Source: Amoeboaphelidium protococcarum X5
Taxonomy: Eukaryota > Fungi > Aphelidiomycota
Assembly (NCBI GenBank): GCA_023515725.1
Contig: JALDTO010000223.1
Location: forward strand, 1-47,799
Direction of reading: 5' to 3'
Length of the DNA: 47,799 bases
The translations under genes and the position numbers were made by a program. Positions 41,396 to 47,799 of this stretch are shown in pieces; within the stretch, counting starts at the first letter, position 1, and each line of letters begins with the position of its first letter. The notes beneath the pieces are model-generated. The model searched no databases, had not been told where the DNA came from, and saw only the letters and a program-made list of their open reading frames with translations.

Positions 41396-43720
41396 ATGAC
41401 ATGTTCTAAAAACATAGCTAGATACGCCAATGAAAATATAGGGCTTTATGTAGTGATTACGTCGGCCGCCGTATCCACTAGACTCTAGCCGTATTTCAGC
41501 TCTGCGAAGCTGGGGATATCGAAGATAGGCAGGAGTTCTACTTTGGCAAGTCCGAATTCAGGCGTCGAGAGCTATAGTCTGAAATACTTACCGTCAATTA
41601 ACGCGGGTCCCACGGTGTATGGTACGCTTGAAGGACTGGAGAATAGAATCACTAGTGTCGAATGCAAGGTGGACTCCCTAAAAGCAAAAGTGGATTCCTT
41701 AAAGATAAATGTGTATTTGGACTGATCGTTTGTTAGTATATGATTTTGATAAAATGGAGTCAGACATAATATATGAGACATCACGTTAGAAATGCTATGC
41801 GGTAATATTTGATTAATCACCTTCAGACGTAGCAAGCTTTGATGAACGTTCTTCTATACATTTGTGATGACTATATTTATGTTCCATACTTTCATGGATA
41901 CCCCACAAGTCATTTCTGATTGATGATGACCATGATGAACAATTATAGTTAGAAAGGATGGCAGAAGATCTGGTCAAGTATGAACACTCTTTGAAATTCT
42001 CATCGCGTCTTTTATGGTCTCCCTTTTAGCGATCTGGCGCTAAACGCTGTAAATGTTATTATGTTAATATTTTCTACTAATGAAGAGAGAAATTACTTTC
42101 ACTGGTTTGGTGTTTTTGGGACGCGACATAATCGTGAGGTTGAGCTTTCTGATAGAGAGGAGGATGATATTTTGATTCTACTTACCGGTGATGTGTCGAC
42201 GCCAACAGTCGCGTCTGTTGATAATGCTCCTGATGATGAATAAGTAAGGTGGTCGATGATGCTGTTTAGGCTGGAGCTTTGAATGTCAATTCACGTATGT
42301 CTACAAGGTTCCACCCTTACGTTTTCCCGGCAGTGCTCAAAAGAGTCATTTTATAATAAAGACATCAGCTGGTTTGTGCGTTCCTCTCCATCTGCGACTC
42401 GACCAGCAGAGCAACTAAAATCTGCCTATTATAATTTTCTGGATACGCTGTCTCGTAAATTTTAGATTCCATGTGTCTGCATGGCGGCGTATCCATCAGC
42501 TGAACCTTTCATCTATTGCTTGCACACTTGTCAATGTCTCTGATGATATATCCTTAGTACCATGCCGGATGTATGAAGAGGGCTCCAGTTTTGGCAGAAG
42601 GTTTGGGCGAAAGCTAACCAGGCATGATGCTAGAAGGTTGGGCGATTGACAGTGGAGCTAGTGAGCATTTCACATCTAATAAATAGTGGTTCTCTTCTAG
42701 CCGCGGATGAAGAATCATAGTTCATCTTTATAGATTATATGTTTCGCCCATGTAGTTTGGGAATTGCTACGTCTCATTTCGTCTCTGAGATGCTGGGATA
42801 GACGTTTTAATTGTAGGGGGTCTCTGAAGACCTCATAAAAATAAGGTTGATGGAAATGTTGACCACTAAGTGTGGTCTGCGTCAAGACGACCTCATTGTG
42901 AAGAGAGGAAGGCGCTGGTACTTTTTGCTGATGAAAAGGCGAGAAGAGTCCCTGCATATCTATCGCCGCCTCCGTCGTTTGTATGCCAAAAGTAAGAACG
43001 TATCTTGGGTGACGCATACGATTCCGAGTGTACCGTGCGCATACTAGGCGAGCAAGACCGCCTATGAAAGTGTTTTGGGAGCTTTGTCCGCTGAGTTTGG
43101 AATGCGAGTGGCTCCAATGGAATAGAGGTCTCACCTCCACCGCATAAATTTGCTCTTAGGATCCCCAGAAGATCACTCTTCCCGCCTTCTGCTGATGCCT
43201 CCTACTCGCCTGAATTCTAGCGGCTTGTAGAGATTGCTAGAGTAAAGAAGAATTCTGTGCTGGTGTTCAACTCCTTGGCTGGCTTTACTGATAACTTTGC
43301 ATTTCTTCTGTGTGCTTGCCAGCATTTTGACTTTTTGGCGTTTTTTTGACCTCAATGCTACAGACAGACAAGTTTCTGCGGCAGTAGTTGGTTCGCGTCG
43401 ATTGTGGCAGATTAAAGGCTCTCTTACGTCATCTGCAATTGCATGTTGGTAGCTCTATTTGCTCAGACTTACTGAGCTTTGGTGATTTTGCTTCTGAAGA
43501 TGAAATTAGGATGAAGCTCGGCAGATTGGGCTGGGAAGTTTCTGGATAGCATTTCAATGATAGGAGAGAATTTATCCGTCGCTTGACTTAGTAGCTTCTC
43601 TATATCAAGGAACGAAGTATCCACCGATCATTGCTCTTATGCATTCTTTCTACGCTCATGGTTACGCTAATGTGATCATGGAAAACGAAGGAAACGAAAT
43701 AGATGCTTAATGTAGATGAA
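41396..43720 (+). pseudogene. Frameshifted, degenerate orphan coding region (cassette cargo), N-terminal coiled-coil-like heptads
   Basis: Chain of protein-like segments in shifting + frames (LEGLENRITSVECKVDSLKAKVDSLK; RPAEQLKSAYYNFLDTL; long segment ~42630-43480); no motif recognised. Confidence 0.4.
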
Positions 43721-43851
43721 GTCAATAGCCATGTAATGGAAAAAGGTACCAGAATTTAAGACCCGCACTTATACGCGTTGGTAGTCTAAATATTTTTTAA
43801 ACTTATACATGATATTTCAATATTGCATTCTACTTATTCTCATTACTTATT

Positions 43852-46800
43852 TCATTCAAGTCTTAGACGCGGTGCAACGTTCATAGCCAACAATTCTTGG
43901 AATAAGAGTTTAGTAGCATACGGCATCTTGAGCGACGAAATATGTTAAGCAGATTTGCAAGTGGAACACCATCCTTCGTATACAATCAGACCGCAGCCTT
44001 CACACACATGAGCGGTGAACTCATCACTCGACTTCATCAGACGCTCATTAAGAAGTCGCGATGCACCATAAGCAACAAGACAATTGTGTACCACAGTTCC
44101 ATTAGCAAGGAAATTGTGATTCTTATGCACCTGAATATCAAAGACGTCTTTCGAACCAATCTTCTACACATCAACAACCTTGACATTCATCACTGGTAGC
44201 ATTTATTATTCACACATTATACCATCTTCAGTGAAATAAACGTTCGCTCCAATATCCGAAAGATACTTTTATGCATCAGCGGTAAATTATTTATCGCCAG
44301 ACGCAATAGGACTCTTACACTGACATTGATCGACTTCTTCGCTAATCTACTGCCTCATAAATTCCACGTGACGTTGGTAGGATACAATAGCCTACAGCTT
44401 CATGCTCTTGAGCACACAGTATCTGAATCCAACAATCTCGTGGAACTTTATTAATTGCGACTCATCAATACAAATACCAATCTTATAGCAATCGCTACCC
44501 ATTGCGGTCAATACTTTGTCGCGTTGTGAATTAAACTGACTGTTATCTTCGATATGAACGTCTTACTAATCCAAACCAAGCCTAACAAGCACTGATCTGA
44601 TATTACTCATGGAATATTACAGAGACTAGACATGTCCCATACTAACTGATTAATTGAACGTAATAGATGTCAGTGAATCCATTTTGCCATCAATATTAAG
44701 CTATAAAGTAGAATCACTACCGCCAAATAATCCAGCCACAAATTCACGTAACAAGGGCATTGGGTATCCTGGATGCAGCATTATGGACGGTATGACAATA
44801 GAAGAGCTTGGAGTTTAATATCTAATCCCTGGATATATAAATGACAATTGACGCAATACTTATTCAGGCACAATCAACTAAAAGCCTTTCTAATCCACAC
44901 AGATATTTACCAATTAACCAGAGATATCATACAAGTCTTGCTGCATATTCGTTGCATCCATCCAATGCTACATGCTCAACGTGTACGTAAACTAGTCAGA
45001 AAGTGCACCTGCAGCCATTAAATATCCCAGTATGCGATGCAGAATACAAAGATTCTGATATTTATCTACAGAGCTAACATTACATTAAAGCATTTCATCG
45101 CTAATAGAGACAAGAGGCAGTTCTAGACTTTTACAAACCCGAATTCCATCAATATCCTACGCAGCTCTCCACTAACCATCAGAACACATGACTTTATGAT
45201 CTGGGGTCACGTCAAGATGAGTACCATCTTCAAACTCCACACGCACACACTCACGCTCTCCTTTATTCAACCAAGCGACTTGAGTATCAACTTCCACGCC
45301 TTGAGTCTACTCATTATAAGATAGCAGATCTGCATGCTCATCATTTGATAACTCATCAATGCGAACACTAAAATGCCTCAAACTTACGGCACTATCTCCA
45401 GCTACACAATCACGCTCCATCTCTCCCACTCTCAATCCACCGTCACGACTTCTACCTTCCAGTGGCTACCGAGTCAACACTGATCGCGGACCACGCGAAC
45501 GAGCGTGCATCTTATCCATGACCATATGTTTCAACTTCTAATAGAATATGGGACCAAAGAATATATAAGCTTCCAACGGTTCCCCAGTGATACCACTTGT
45601 CAAGTAATCTTTGCCGCCATAATTGAATCCATGATCCACCAGAATCTTGCCCATATCCTCTATTCTACTTCCACCGAATGCAGTACCATATTACAGCTCA
45701 CCCTTCAATACACCAGCTTTACCAGCCAAGAGCTCAATCATCTTCCCGACTGTCATTCTAGACGGAAAACCATGCGGGTTCATCACGATGTCGGGCGTAA
45801 TGCCTTAATCGGAGAACGGCAGGTCGGTCATCGGGGTAATCAATCCGCAAACGCCCTTCTGACCGTGACGACTGGCGAATTTATCACCCAATTCAGGCCG
45901 TCTAGTCTACCTGATATTCACCTTGATATTCATACTAGACTCAGTATTAGCGGACACCATAACTTTATCGATGTGGGCGCTTTTCAGACTCTTGAATGAC
46001 ATTGGCGAATTCAGATACGTGATAGATGACGGTCCACTATCATTCGCTGCGAAATCTGATCTCTTCTCCTTCGGTTCCTGTTTATTCAAATACACTTGTC
46101 CACTCTTAATCTCACATCCGACATGTGCTATACCGTCACGGTCGAGACAGGCAAATTTCTGCGCAACGTTTCCATTGGCATCAGCGACAGGACCAACAAG
46201 CCTGTCATAGCTCTACTAGCTATACTGCTTCAGACTACACTAAAACTTTTTGGACACTACACAACGCCCAAAGCCGCGATCCAAGGAACTTTTACTCAGA
46301 ATCAAAGCATCTTCAATATCATAACCTGAGTAGGACATGATGGCCACAATGGCGTTCTATCCAGCAGGAAGCTTGTCATAGTTAATCAACTCAATTGCCT
46401 TAGTCTTCACCATAGGTTGCTGAGGATAGACTAAAGCTTAAAGGAGAGTATCGATTCTTGCAAACTGATTATAAGCTAATATAGACTAAGACTATTTAGC
46501 CATCGCGCACGTAAAAGTAATACGCGCACACTAATCATGATGAGGATATGGAATTATACCAGCGACAGCTCCTAATAAAGTAAAAGGCTCAATTTCCACA
46601 TGAGTGGTCTCACCAGGTATAATCTCACTTTCATACATGGCAATCAGGGAATCGTTCTCTTCATTGACATCCAAATACTCCACCAGGCCATCCTTGAGAA
46701 AATCTTAGAATACTCTTTTTCCACTGGTGAGCTCTTTCATATGCTTATCTTTCACTAAAGGCTGACCTTTCTTGTCAACAATAATAAGTGGGCGGCAAAT

Positions 46801-47799
46801 ACGACCACCATCAGCAGATATGTGAACACTCTTCTAATTAGGATTCAGCGAGATGCTCACAAATTCATTAATCTTTCCATTACGTCTCATAGTGCGCAAT
46901 TTTGCGGCAAGAATATCTGGCCTAACATGAATACCGATGAGCGTACCATTGACGAAGACCATAAACGGTTGGTGGCCATTTACAGGAGCATGGATCTCTA
47001 AGCCATTGAGTAGAGAGATATCCTCAACACCCAGTGAGTATGCATAATTCAGTAACTCATCTTCATCCTGGTCAGTCGTCACATGAGTCATCAGAGCTAA
47101 ATTCTTCACCAATCCACACGCTTCACCTTCTGGAGTGTCGCTAGAGCATATCCTACCGTACTGGGACATTTGCAGCGAACGCGGACCACTAACCTTTCGC
47201 GTCTTCTCAAACTGAGAGGTGATACGCATCATCATGCCCAGGGAGGAGATATAAGACAATCGAGACAACACCTGCGTCACACCAGCTCTCTCCATCTTGA
47301 ATCGCTTCAAAGTCCAATTCCCAGTGGATATAGCACGTACCAGACCATCAGTTATAGTGGACTATGCCAACGGCAGGAAGCGAGAAGCATCAAACTCGGT
47401 GGCTCTCGATGGTTTCTACAAAGTCTTGTCGATAAGCGACTTCAATTGATGCTGGAACGTTTTAAACAAATCTTCAAAGAGGAGAGAGAGTAACTATCCG
47501 GCCAATTCCAATCGCTTATTACCCACGTAATCTCTATCATCAATCTGAGTCTTATCATGCAGAGCCAAGAGAACGCGTCTAGCCATTAGAGCCAGATAAG
47601 CGGCCTTGGGCTTAAAATTAGTGTCATTCACAGCAACGTGTGCCAGTACCAGGTCAGCTAGAGCATTGTAAGCCTCTTCAGCAGGTGGTTTCTTGATACT
47701 CATAGACTTATTAGCCCATCCAGTACCGCGCGACAACTTCACTCTCGTGCCCACATACTCCAAGCACTGATTGCGCGTATGAAGGTCCATCTAGGAGGA
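43852..47799 (-). CDS. RPC2: RNA polymerase III second-largest subunit (5' end outside the window), intein-containing
   Basis: [79 protein letters not shown]|[19 protein letters not shown]; Pol III-type residues. Confidence 0.97.
44083..45408 (-). mobile_element. Intein (442 aa) with a degenerate LAGLIDADG-type endonuclease domain, inserted at GEMERD|CLVAYG
   Basis: Block A CVAGDSAV, block B VTPDHKV, LAGLIDADG-like [10 protein letters not shown] and [10 protein letters not shown], blocks [23 protein letters not shown] followed by +1 Cys. Confidence 0.95.

Larger units (their letters stand above)
40574..45888. mobile_element. Putative 3'-end-replacing element in RPC2 (degenerate cargo + replacement RPC2 3' portion including the intein)
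   Basis: Same topology as the GAPDH locus; junction at the invariant [13 protein letters not shown] motif. Confidence 0.5.

Overview
Gene-dense eukaryotic (fungus-related) nuclear DNA with short GT-AG introns and a non-standard genetic code. TAA/TAG read as Gln and TGA is the only stop, so the supplied standard-code ORF track shatters almost every gene. This code plus fungal-type genes (chitin synthase class V/VII-like, Cdc24) fits an aphelid such as Amoeboaphelidium protococcarum (inference). Re-translated, the window holds about 20 genes: DHODH, a GPI-like surface protein, an apparently non-catalytic chitin-synthase homologue, phosducin-like, Tada1, Cdc24, a mucin-stalk membrane protein, PDX1, a small secreted Cys protein, WDR61, Rheb, GAPDH, DOLPP1, a multi-zinc-finger protein, RPL7 (with an intronic C/D snoRNA), a GW/WG-RRM protein, an NHX1-type exchanger and RPC2 (with a 442-aa intein). 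The main novelty occurs twice, at GAPDH and at RPC2: the housekeeping gene is followed by a convergent foreign ORF and then a displaced copy of its own 3' portion, starting at an ultra-conserved motif. This is the topology of yeast WHO homing elements, which replace the 3' end of FBA1. Here, however, the intact cargo is a PD-(D/E)xK nuclease-kinase fusion (Crinkler/Spok-like architecture), not a LAGLIDADG protein, suggesting a possibly undescribed family of gene-3'-end-replacing selfish elements. All translations and alignments were done by eye.
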